The notes under the pieces were generated by a model. That model had not been told where the DNA came from. It worked only from the letters and a program-made list of their open reading frames with translations, and did not search any database. Shown here in pieces: positions 1-9,960 of a stretch of 64,000 nucleotides of DNA. Each line of letters starts with the position of its first letter. Within the stretch, counting starts at the first letter, position 1. The position numbers and the translations under genes were made by a program. This stretch comes from Blasia pusilla (Eukaryota), in assembly GCA_050084515.1 (NCBI GenBank), contig CM114271.1, positions 24,180,001 to 24,244,000 of the forward strand. The letters run 5' to 3'.

Positions 1-25
1 CTCTCTAAATACAAATTATCTGACA

Positions 26-156
26 CCGACGGGTTGAAACCAGGCAATCACAAATCTGAATGCAATCCATCGGACTCCGATGGTTGCAAAATTTAGCTCG
101 TAGCTACCATTCCGACCATCAACTGTGACGACCTATCGGAGTCCGACGGGTTGCAG
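26..156. repeat. Cluster of the 29-bp palindromic repeat in a putative intron
   Basis: tgcaatccatcggactccgatggttgca at 61-88, acctatcggagtccgacgggttgca near 131-155, and a half-site near 26-37. Confidence 0.85.
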
Positions 157-204
157 GAACCCATGAACCTTGCAAAATTTCTTATATTGAGTTTGGATTT
201 GTAG

Positions 205-3200
205 GATTGTATCGGAGGGGAAAGTCACCCACCACTGGATCCAGGATTATGATCGGGTGAAGAAAGTGCTAACGACGAACCTGGTAGAGTACAAGGGGTT
301 CTTGGGCGACGCCCTTGTAAATGAGATGCTGGCAAGGGTGCTCAAATAAAAAAAAAGACTTGGGCAAATAAATTTATTTCCCAAGATGTAGCCGTGACAA
401 TCCTTTGCTGGTCGAAGATACTGGCCGCCAAGAAGAGCGCTGCATTGGAGCTGGAACGGAGGGAGAAAGTGTATGTGTCTGAGCGTGAAAGTTCATCCAA
501 GCTACGGTATCTGCAACTACAAAGTACACGGCAAGCAAGATGCAGCGCTACATCGCCATTCTCAACCCCGAACTTGGCCCCAATTTCTACAAGGAGCTGA
601 AGGCAATAATCAAGCGCCAGCGGAAGAGGGATGAAGATCCGCAAGGTCGGATTGGGGAGAAAGTGTCTCTCGGTCGCGTGCATCGATTTGCCTTGTCTGG
701 AATTAGCGAATTTAGGAGAATCCGACTGATGAAAATTAGTCTCGAGGGCACAGAGGTCCAAAAGAGGGCGGCACACCATCCTCCGGGTGTCTCTGATCCA
801 GTGATTTCCCACTGGCTCCGTGAATGGTCATTCTGGGAGGCGTTGCGGCTTCTCGGGAAGTCCATGCTCGTGGGTCTCCAAGCGGAGCTGAAAAGAATAG
901 AGCCAGTTGCGGAGGAAGCAAACCTGGAGAGTGCTGAAGATTTTGAACTTTGGTTGGATGACATGCGGGACAAGCCCATAAAAAACCCAGGTTTCAAGAC
1001 GATGTTCAAGGATCGCATCCTCCCTCAAGCAGAACTTGACGAAGAAATAGAAGCGAAAAAAAAGGGATTTCGTAGAGAAGAAGGGAGATCTTCACGAGCA
1101 GGCGGCCGATGCATCTCGACTAAGAGCTGCCCAACGCATGGTGTTCAGGTACCTCGTCCATTGTAAGAATGGAGGTAACTGGAAAAAAATACCGGCAGCC
1201 TGCCAATTATGGACTTCTCCGCCTGATGGAGAGACATTTTCCATGTACGACATGGAGATGGCTCAAAGCATGTCCGATTGGGAGGTGGAGAATTGCCCGA
1301 TTTGGCTGGACTTCAACGACCCTGAGGACATAACCGAGAAGGATCTATGCCTGCTCCATGATGCAATGGCCGCAGGTAGGGACAACATCCCCAATTTTGT
1401 GCAGCCTGAAGACTTTTTCGAAGGAGATGGGAGGAGCAAGCCCTCGAGACAACGGAGTTGGTGTCCAAGTTCGTCACTGCCTAGGACAAATCTACACCGG
1501 GTCTCAAAGCCAAGGCGAGGAGATCGAAGAATTCCGAGGCCGAGTCTTCCCAAAGAGAGGCTGAAAATTCAAGGTGAGAGCCGAAATCGTCCGGGCGAGC
1601 GGGGAGAGAGGTTCGGACCAGGTCCTCCGCAAAAAAAACTCCACCAGAGTCTGAGGTCATAGAGACCCCAACAAGCCGACCGCAGACTCGGGAGAAGCGG
1701 AAGTGATAGGCGCCAGGGTTGTCCCAGGGAGCAGACCAGGATGTGGAATACACTCCATCATCCTTGGGAAGACATAGAGAAACAACGACCCGGACAAGCG
1801 TCATCATTCACTGCACGAATCTTCTGGATGAGCTGAAAAGTTTCAGTTCCCAAGCGTCGACACCCGCCATTGAGAAATTGACAACGTTGGGACGGAAGCT
1901 TCAACAAAACGGGCACGCTCCCTGGACGGTCCATGGGGATGTCGAAGAGGTGGCAGTGGATCTCCTCGTCGCTGATTTGCCCTCCGGGTTGCACTTATGG
2001 GACAAGAATCCGTCCGACGGGGTCCCAGACTGGAATGTGCCTCTTTGTTATGACGAGATCACGCTCCTGTTTTCCTTTGCAGACGCTTATCTCAGTGACA
2101 GGGGCTGTTTCTTAGTTTTGATTGGAGGGAGTAAGGACGAGCTCTTCATCCTCCTGTGCGTCAAGAGGTCGCTGAAGTGGAGGACGGCGCAATTGTGGGT
2201 CATCAAGAACGAGTACCACTCCGATCCGCGACGAGTCAAATTCGGGTAAGGGCTCTTAATTTGTATCCAAATTTTCTTTCTCCGATGGGTTGCATCTCTG
2301 CATGCAACTCGTTGGATTGTTTGAGTTGGAGACTACGATGGTGCAATCCGTCTGAAAGCGACGGGTTGCAAATTTACCGCAAGTCTCCATTGGGTGAATG
2401 CAACCCGTCGGAACATTACGGGTTGCAAGTGCTCATGATTTTTCCTTGTGTTTCTGGAATGATGCAACCCGTCTGAAAGCAACGGGTTGCTCTAAGCCAG
2501 CAACCTATCGCCTTCTGACGGGTTGCTTATGGACAAAAAAATCACTAACACTTGTAAAACAACCCGTCGGACTCCGACAGGTTGCTCCAATGTTAGGATT
2601 ATAATGCGAAGTTCTTTGCGGACGTGTTGCACATTAGGTCACCATATTGAGAGTAGACTAGTGGTCAAGTAGCTCTTTCTTGTTGCTGACATTGTTTCCA
2701 ACGTGCTTCTTTACAGATGGACCACTCCTATGTTTACTGCTTTGTTCGGCCCGAGCACAACTTCCAGGTGTTTAAGATCCTGGATCCTACGGATCCATGC
2801 TCCGATGGGTATAGCTTAGATAGTTTATACAATTTCCCCCCCTCCCCCTCCCTTGGGAATTTACATGCAAGACGGTACCCCCTTACTTGGAGGAAGGGAA
2901 AAGTCGCCAGCCCTGATGCAAACACTCATCGAGCTCTGCTCAAGGTCGGGTGACTTGGTGTGCGACTTAGTGGGCCTTTCAAGGGCGAGTATTAGAGGGG
3001 CCTGGCAGAGTGGCAGGAACATTCTTTGCCTTGAGGGAAGGGAGCAACTGTTTGACCTTTGCAAGGAGGCAAAGGCAGATTACGACAGGCTAGTTGGGGC
3101 GTACAACTCTCCTCCGAAGCCGAGAGCTCCGGTTCCAGACCCACCATTGGTAGTGACACCATCGTCACTTCCCACGATTCTGAAAATTGGGAGAGCAAGG

Positions 3201-3242
3201 CCGACAGTAATCTTGGAAGAGCTCTCGCACGATGACGAGTGA
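205..3242 (+). pseudogene. Spliced, frameshifted gene with a C-terminal beta-class N4-cytosine/N6-adenine DNA methyltransferase-like domain (N6_N4_Mtase-like)
   Basis: DLLVADLPSG (1959-1988) matches the motif IV pattern DLIxxDPPY and is followed by AYLSDRGCFLV (L-x-x-x-G). EKSPALMQTLIELCSRSGDLVCDLVGLSRASIRGAWQSGRNILCLE (2898-3035) matches QKPxxLxxxLIxxxSxxGDxVLDPFxGSGTTxxAAxxxGRxxIGIE. Acceptor tttgtag at 204; GT-AG intron 2246-2716. Several frameshifts and stops. The N-terminal 205-1660 part was not recognised. Confidence 0.75.
2281..2586. repeat. Array of the 29-bp palindromic repeat inside intron 2246-2716
   Basis: Copies start near 2342, 2399, 2463, 2500 and 2560 (for example caacccgtcggactccgacaggttgc), separated by dissimilar spacers. 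Confidence 0.9.
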
Positions 3243-3313
3243 GTTCAAAGAACTCAAGGACCTAGCTTGACTGCAGCGTTTGGAGTAGGGATTTATTTGA
3301 TGACGAGGCAAAA

Positions 3314-3817
3314 GGATGTAATAAAGGGCAAGATTTTTTCGGATGATGATGATGTTTGTAAAAGTTTGCTGAATATCTTTTTTGGTCTTGTCGAATGTGA
3401 TCGTCTATGTGGTCCAGGCAACTTGTCGGATTCCGACAAGTTGGCTGTGTGAGTGATCGGACTCTTTCGGACTCTTTAGAGGCATTTTGGCCCAAGAAGC
3501 CTAAGACTGGTTTGACAATACTAGGGGAACGAGCAAAAGTGAAGAAGCCCATCACAATGCCTCAGAATTTGGTCTCCTAGGGAAAGAGTCCGATCACTCA
3601 AGCAGCCAACCTGTCGGAATCCGACAGCTTGCCTGGAAATGGTTGAAAAGTTGCAGTGGTCAAAAAGTGAAAAGTTGCAACACGTCGGAATTCGACGGGT
3701 TGCAAAATTGTAATTCTGAGTAGCTAGACGAACACAATCAACAAGTCCAAAAAAAATATTCAAAAAACTTTTACAAACACCATTAGCGGTTGAAAAAATC
3801 TCATCCTTTATTACATC
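3314..3817. repeat. Long imperfect inverted repeat (hairpin 1)
   Basis: 3314-3407 is reverse-complementary to about 3725-3817; 3418-3468 pairs with about 3582-3631; inner stem gaggcatt/aatgcctc (3479-3486/3556-3563). Confidence 0.85.
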
Positions 3818-4134
3818 CGAAGGAATCTCGGAAATATACATTTGATCTAGTCTATGATTTCTTCAGCCTCGTCATCTACCAATTTTCTCCTAACTATCCT
3901 AGGTTCCTGTACAAAAGGAATGTCCTGGGATACAAGTGGCTCCTCTGGCCGATTGTAGACGGGGATCGAAAATGTTGGCGAGTTCGAGAGCCTTGGCCCC
4001 CCCTTATGTACACCATAACGGTCCCATGTAACCTGATTTGAGTCCCATCGCCTTCCTCGGCAGTATATCTTGTACGCTCTGCAATGTGACACCCATCCAA
4101 TATCAATATGTGCTCCGTCCTTGGAAATACCATG

Positions 4135-4280
4135 ATGGCAATCCCACAGGTAGTAGGAATCCAACATGTCTTAGAGAAGAGAAGAAGCCTACGCCTTGTT
4201 TGACAATACTAGGGGAAGGTGCCAAAGTGAAGAAGCTTCTCTAAGACGTGTTGGATTCCTATAACCTCTCGGATTGCCAT
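4135..4280. repeat. 45-bp inverted repeat (hairpin 2) enclosing a 56-bp loop homologous to the loop of hairpin 1
   Basis: atggcaatcccacaggtagtaggaatccaacatgtcttagagaag (4135-4179) versus cttctctaagacgtgttggattcctataacctctcggattgccat (4236-4280), about 5 mismatches. Confidence 0.9.
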
Positions 4281-4966
4281 TTGGATTCCCAAACAGTTGA
4301 ATTTTTGTGGGTGTAGGGTGGAATGGAATCAATTCTCAAAATCTTTCCTTTGTTATGGTGAGCTTGCTTGCAAGACGTGCAAGCCATCTGATTCTGACGG
4401 GTTGCAAGAGTTGGAACCTGTAAAATTCCGACGGGTTGGGAGGGGTGCAGCTTATCAGTTTATCAGATTTAGGATCTGAATGAAGGGACATCAGTTTCTC
4501 TTTACTCCAGACAGCTAACAATCTTTTGGTTTAATTATCGTCTCCTGTGTTCACATTTCACAAAGTTGGTCTTTATTTGAACCTTTCATTGAGATGAGAT
4601 TGCTACTTCTAGTCACATTATTTGCCAATGGTCCTCCAAAAAAAATAGCCCTGGGCACAACTTACTGTAGACTGAGACAGGAAATGTGAAGGAACTTAGG
4701 CTCACAAGGAGAGTGATGAAAAAATGTTTGTAGTCGTCTTATGATGTCTACTTGTTTTTCGCCCCTTGAAAAAAGGAGGTTTCTTAAGGCCCGAATGTGG
4801 ACCACTACCTACTCTCTTCTAAAGATTTCATGAATTTGAAAGCAAACAAAAATTTCAAATATGTCAAAAAGTTTTGAAGAGAGGAGGCGGATTTGGCCTT
4901 TTTTTTTTAAGAGAGACTCTTCTCTCTTCCTCTCTTCCTCTCTCCTGCCAGAATACTAGCCCCCCC

Positions 4967-5530
4967 CAATCGGTCGAAGACTGACGGGTTGCACCCTTCC
5001 CTCGTCTTGGGATAACAAGGCGGGGTACCTGCGCAACTCGTTGGAGGCCGACGGGTTGCACACTTCCTTCATGTAAGCAGTACAAGGCGAGGCACTTGCG
5101 CAACCCGTCAGAGGCCGACGGGTTGCACGCTTCGCTCATCTTGGGGTAATACGCAAGGTACCTGGGCAACTCGTCGGTTACAGATTGGTTGCACTCTTTT
5201 CTATCCCTCGGGTAACAATGCGACAACGGATAGTTCCGAGACAACCTCTTGCAATCCGATGGGTCACAAGGTCTACCCTGAGTTGGACAATCCCGTAATA
5301 GTCCCCAACGATTAGTTACCTTAGCAAATGCAAGCGATGTTTCGTGTTTGATGCTAGCAAAATCGTCTCAAAAGACCATTGGTCAGCATGAAGAAGGTAC
5401 CAACCCAATGGACTCTGACGGGTCCCAATTTGCATTGAGACAAGGAAACAAAAAACGGAATTGGGTGCTTCGCGACCCACGTCTCTAATTCCCAAATTCT
5501 GCAACCCATCGGACTTCGACAGGTTGCAAC
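4967..5530. repeat. Palindrome array upstream of the transposase, about 67-bp period
   Basis: gacgggttgcac at 4983, 5050 and 5117, a variant at 5183, and further copies near 5400 and 5500. Confidence 0.85.
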
Positions 5531-5702
5531 AGAATTGAATCAATCATGTCAGAAAATCTCACATACCAAACTTCATCTTGTTAGTCAACTTCTGTCTCGA
5601 GAATTTGAGTCCCTATTCACTATAAATTGAACATCCTCATTCTCATTCTCATTCCCATACCCATTCTTATTCTCTATCTCCTCCCGCTGGAATCTTCTAG
5701 GA

Positions 5703-8700
5703 ATGGATAATTATGTGAAGCTCATTTGTGGAAATCATCTAGCGACCCTTCCTCAATCAGAAATCGTTCGACCGCAAGTTCGTGAGTCTTTCATACCAAT
5801 GGATGAAAACTCTGTTCGATTTCTTCTCCAAATTGGAACCATCTTTGTGTCCAAGGATGTAAGGGTGGACGGTACGGAGGATATAATAGGTGAGACAATC
5901 TAGCCAGTGATTGCAGACCGTAAAGTATGGAATCTCCTACTTATAGCAAATGGTCAATAGAAAGTTTACGGCTTGCCTCTGAATTCCTCTGTTTCCCAAG
6001 TAGACGGTCGAGAATTTCCTAGTGCACCGAGCTCTACGTTTGCAACTCCTAGCTCAGTGAACCCGGCATCGACTCTAACTTCACATGTTCGTTACAATGT
6101 TGTACTTCCTAAGGAAATTCCCGATGTTGTCAACCTCAGTGGATTGCTCAGACACCAACCGGGCCCTCTGTCCGCCTACTCATTCCTCTTGCGGATATCA
6201 GGCAATAGTTTGCTATCGTCTATGGCCTGGAAAATGTTCAAGCACATTCTTGTTGACGAGGTGCCACCCACATACGATGGTAATTGTATTTTTGAGTTCC
6301 TCCACTTGCTGCTCCTGCTCAAAAGAAAGATGGAGGACGCTTGAAGGGTATGGACAGAAAGTCTGATTGTCATCGATGGTGCAGGTTTCAACAGACTAGT
6401 GCTTCAATTCCATATGGTCCTTGGATTGTCTCCCGCCGCGAGTGCGTTGGAGCCTTGGAGCATAGAAGTCCAGCATGCCCGTATCTAGAATGCAACGGGC
6501 GAGTCAATATGTCGCAATTCCCCCCCAAGAATGCAAAAACTCCATATGGGGTCGGTGCCACCATACCGCCGGGAGGCCATCGATGTCCTCATTGTCAAGC
6601 ATCCACTTTATGCTTTGGAGCGTGTCCTGCATACATATTTTTCATTGTCCATGACTTGGGCTCCACGTCATAGTACACAAGGCTGGCAGTTCATGTTGGC
6701 TCCCACACTCATCATGTGACCGATGCAATTCAGAGACACATCAAGGAGGATGTGGCAAAGAAAGTGGCCGAGGTCTTCAGAAACTCTCCGGGTTCAAAGC
6801 CCGGAGTGATCAAGCTAACAACTGCATCACAAATTTGTGAACAATTGCTTGGAATCCTTGGACACGGCGAGATCACGGCTGCTGAGGAGAAACAACTCTG
6901 GGAAAATCTCGTATTTCTCGCTGATCTTGAATGATTCCGGAATTGGCTAAGTGAAATACGGGTAGTAGATGGAAAGATGGCCGAAATGGATGCCATTTCC
7001 AGAATCAAGGCCAATTCTAGATTTCCATTCTTTCAGAGATGGCAGTTCATGGGCCAGGGAGGTGAAAGATCGAGGGCCTATGTCTTCAAAATGTCAACAA
7101 CAGGTCCGTCGAGTGGCCTCGATCTTATAGATCGAGTGAGGGAAGGCAAAGATCTTTACGGCAGCTGGGTAAGCTTTGATATTTGCTATAGAGTGATGAA
7201 CGGATGGTTGAAAATGGGTGCTCACATTTATGACTATGTGGAGAAGGGACTCAAAACTATATTTGTCTGTGAAGTAAAAGCAGAAGACGTTGGCAATGTG
7301 AAGATGTGCTGGTTACTCTTATTGGAGGTCGTGAAGGAAAACAAAAGGCCACTTGCGGAAATTTATGTTAGATGCTTTCCATTGGCAACAGTCTGTGACC
7401 CGCTACACCAAATTTTGCAATAAGGAGAATAAGAGGACGGAGCATGTCACTCTACTCCAACGTTGCAAGGACAGCAAAACCTTGAAACAGGCCATGGAAT
7501 GCCAAGAAGAAATTCATGGGTGGTGGAGGAAACATGCGATTGAGGGGAAGTACAAAGAGTTATGCTCTTGGTTGAGTTGGTGGACTGTACGAATGAGACA
7601 ATGGGGAAACTTCATGCGGGAGGTGTGTTCACTAATTTGTCTCGCTGAATTTTTTTTGAAGAGTTGCAGCTAAAGGTGAGAAGCGTGGGCACTATAGGGA
7701 TTTCAAATCGAAGAAACCAAGCAAGTTGTCGCATGCGACAGGTTGCCTCCCTCAGTGTTCAACCCGTTACTTACCGACGGGTTTCTTGAGTGTGCAACCT
7801 GTTGGAACCTGACGGGTTGCAAGTTGCACGGCCAAATTTACTTGCAACCCGTCGGAATCAGACGGGTTGATGGGTTGCTTGAGGGGGCAACCAGTCGGAA
7901 AAAGACTGGTTGCAAGTCCCATGGCCAAATTTACTTGCAACCGGTCAAAATCTGACGGGTTGCAAGTCGCATGGCCAAATCTACTTGCAACCTGTCAAAA
8001 TCCGACGGGTTGCAAGTCGCATGGCCAAATTTACTTGCAACCCGTCAAAATCCGACGGGTTGCACTAGGTGGTTCTTGGGTGTTGCAACACGTCGGAAAC
8101 CAACGCGTTACAGACTCATTCATGGGATGCCTCCGACTTGCAACCCGTGTGATTTTGACAGGTAGCTTTTTTCTTTGCTCATAGAGCTATTTTGGTTCCC
8201 TTCTTACAGTGCCGTTGTTGCAGGGATTGAACATTCATGAAAAAGCCCTGTGCCCCAACACAAATGGAGCAGAAATTGTTCATTCCTCCTAGAGGTCATC
8301 ACAAACATGCCAAAGAATTTCACTTATGGAGGCATGCCAACAAGACTAGGCAAGAGCAATGCTATAGTCTGCAACATCCCATATCTTCCTCACAAAAGGC
8401 ATAACAAAAAGAAGGGGGCCTTCGATCTACGAGCTCTATGTCAGGGCGGCTGTGAGATCCGGTGATGAGAAACTCTATGTGGAAGCCTTCAATCAGTGCG
8501 TAGCAGGAACTCCTCTCGAGCAAGACGTACACATTGGTGGGGATATTCGTGGGCGCATTTCAAGACGTCCCATACAGATGGTCATAGAGCAGTCCGAGCG
8601 AGACTAGTGGAGACCAGATAAGTATCTTGACTTCAGGCAAGTGAAGAGGCAGCATCGAGGAAAGAATCCGGTGATTGATTTGGATGAGGAAATTATGCCG

Positions 8701-8731
8701 CACAGATATTTGGGAACCCCGGATTTCTCCC
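5703..8731 (+). pseudogene. Mutator-family (MULE) DDE transposase with an N-terminal GCM/WRKY-like zinc domain, 5' part
   Basis: GMDRKSDCHRW...RRECVG...CP...N...CPHC...CPA...RLAVHVGSHTH (about 6345-6715, GCM-like). WVSFD (first D); ICEVKAED-like segment; FMLD/AFHWQQS (second D and CxxH region, partly deleted); WLSWW. After GT-AG intron 7623-8209 the frame reads CPNTNGAEIVHSS (catalytic E at 8273). Multiple stops and frameshifts. Confidence 0.8.
7726..8165. repeat. Palindrome array in the transposase intron, including three 50-bp tandem units at 7911-8064
   Basis: Unit tgcaagtcgcatggccaaatttacttgcaacccgtcaaaatccgacgggt starts at 7911, 7961 and 8011. Confidence 0.9.
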
Positions 8732-9921
8732 TGTAATATACAAGTGTTTCTAGTTTACAGTCGTTTTAGTGAGTTCGATCCCCAAGAGGATCATTGTTGG
8801 ATGAAAAGAGAGGGTAAAGTGATTATTATGTTGTAAAAGTAGTGTGGTTGATTATGTAATTCAAATGTAGTATTCCAGCAACATCTTCCGATCCTTCTCA
8901 GTACCAATGTTTTCTTCTTCAATTCTCTCTAGTGGAATTTAAATCACGCTCAGGCAAATTGTTCTCTCGACATCTAGGAACCTCACAGAGATCTCAACAA
9001 GAAGGTTGGCTTCTCCTACTTTCGGAACTCAATCCGTCTTGGCAGGCTACTCTCTGTCAAACAGATTTCATACAACTCCATGTTGATTATTCCATTGATG
9101 AGAAAGGTTTGTCTGATTTCACTCTTCACGCTGCAAACCCAAAAAGACTATCCAAACGTAAGCATCACACATCAGAATGAATGAATGAGTGGTTTATTAT
9201 TCCATCAAGAATGGGAAGACTTCAAAGTGTATACAAGCTCGAGAGGGTACTACTCTCTTGCTCGGACCATTCCTACAGCATAAGGACTTCATGAGCGAAT
9301 GATGATTGTAGCTTCTGTCATACTTCTTAAATATTCTCTGAAGTAGGAGCGTTTCCAAGATCCGAAGCGTTCTTGATGAAGTTGATGTCTCTTCAATATT
9401 TATAACTACCTAGATCTATGGTGTGCTTTCCTTTTCCTATGATCCCTATGAATCCGTGGTAAAAAACTGTTCTAACTACCAATTTGATACAAAGGGTCGC
9501 GCTCTTTCCTAGTCTAACTGTTTTAACTATGTGCCGGTTCGAATCACAATCATACTGAGCTTCGCTGCGTTGGATTTCTTGAGGACGAAGCTCTTCATTC
9601 TTCGTTCTCTTTTCAGGTGCTTGGTGCTTCGTGCTTCGCTCTTCGTGCTTCGCATAAGAGCAAAGTACTCACTTCTCTTCTTCTGCAGGCTTCGTTAAGC
9701 TTCGCGTTGGTCCTTTAGACTTCGTTACTGCATTTGCTTCTCCTCTAAGGCAAATCCTTGATCTTCCATCTCTCTGCCTTGTCCTAGGAGCTTCGTGATT
9801 CACTCTAATCTTACTCTTTCTTCTCCATAATAGTATATAATAATCAAAACCATAATGTACAAGAGTCTTTGTTAAATAAAAAGATAAATTTCTTCCGAAG
9901 TACAAAATTGTGGGTATCACA
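8732..9921 (-). repeat. 3' LTR of element A
   Basis: tgtaata...tatcaca, adjacent to the polypurine tract (gagggaggggg on the minus strand). Confidence 0.97.
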
Positions 9922-9960
9922 TACCCCCTCCCTCAAATGTGAGCCGCCCCGGCGAACACT

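Noticed and set aside
2281-8165. CRISPR array (palindromic repeats with spacers)
   Set aside because: Eukaryotic intronic context, no cas genes, degenerate repeats, irregular spacer length, and mutually similar spacers in the 4967-5200 and 7911-8064 clusters
8773-8783. tRNA gene suggested by GTTCGATCCCC
   Set aside because: No cloverleaf or A-box; it is part of the LTR
8932-9920. Small ORFs repeated in LTR copies (MEFKSRSG..., MIPTILYF...)
   Set aside because: They recur only because the LTRs are repeats; ends and frames differ among copies
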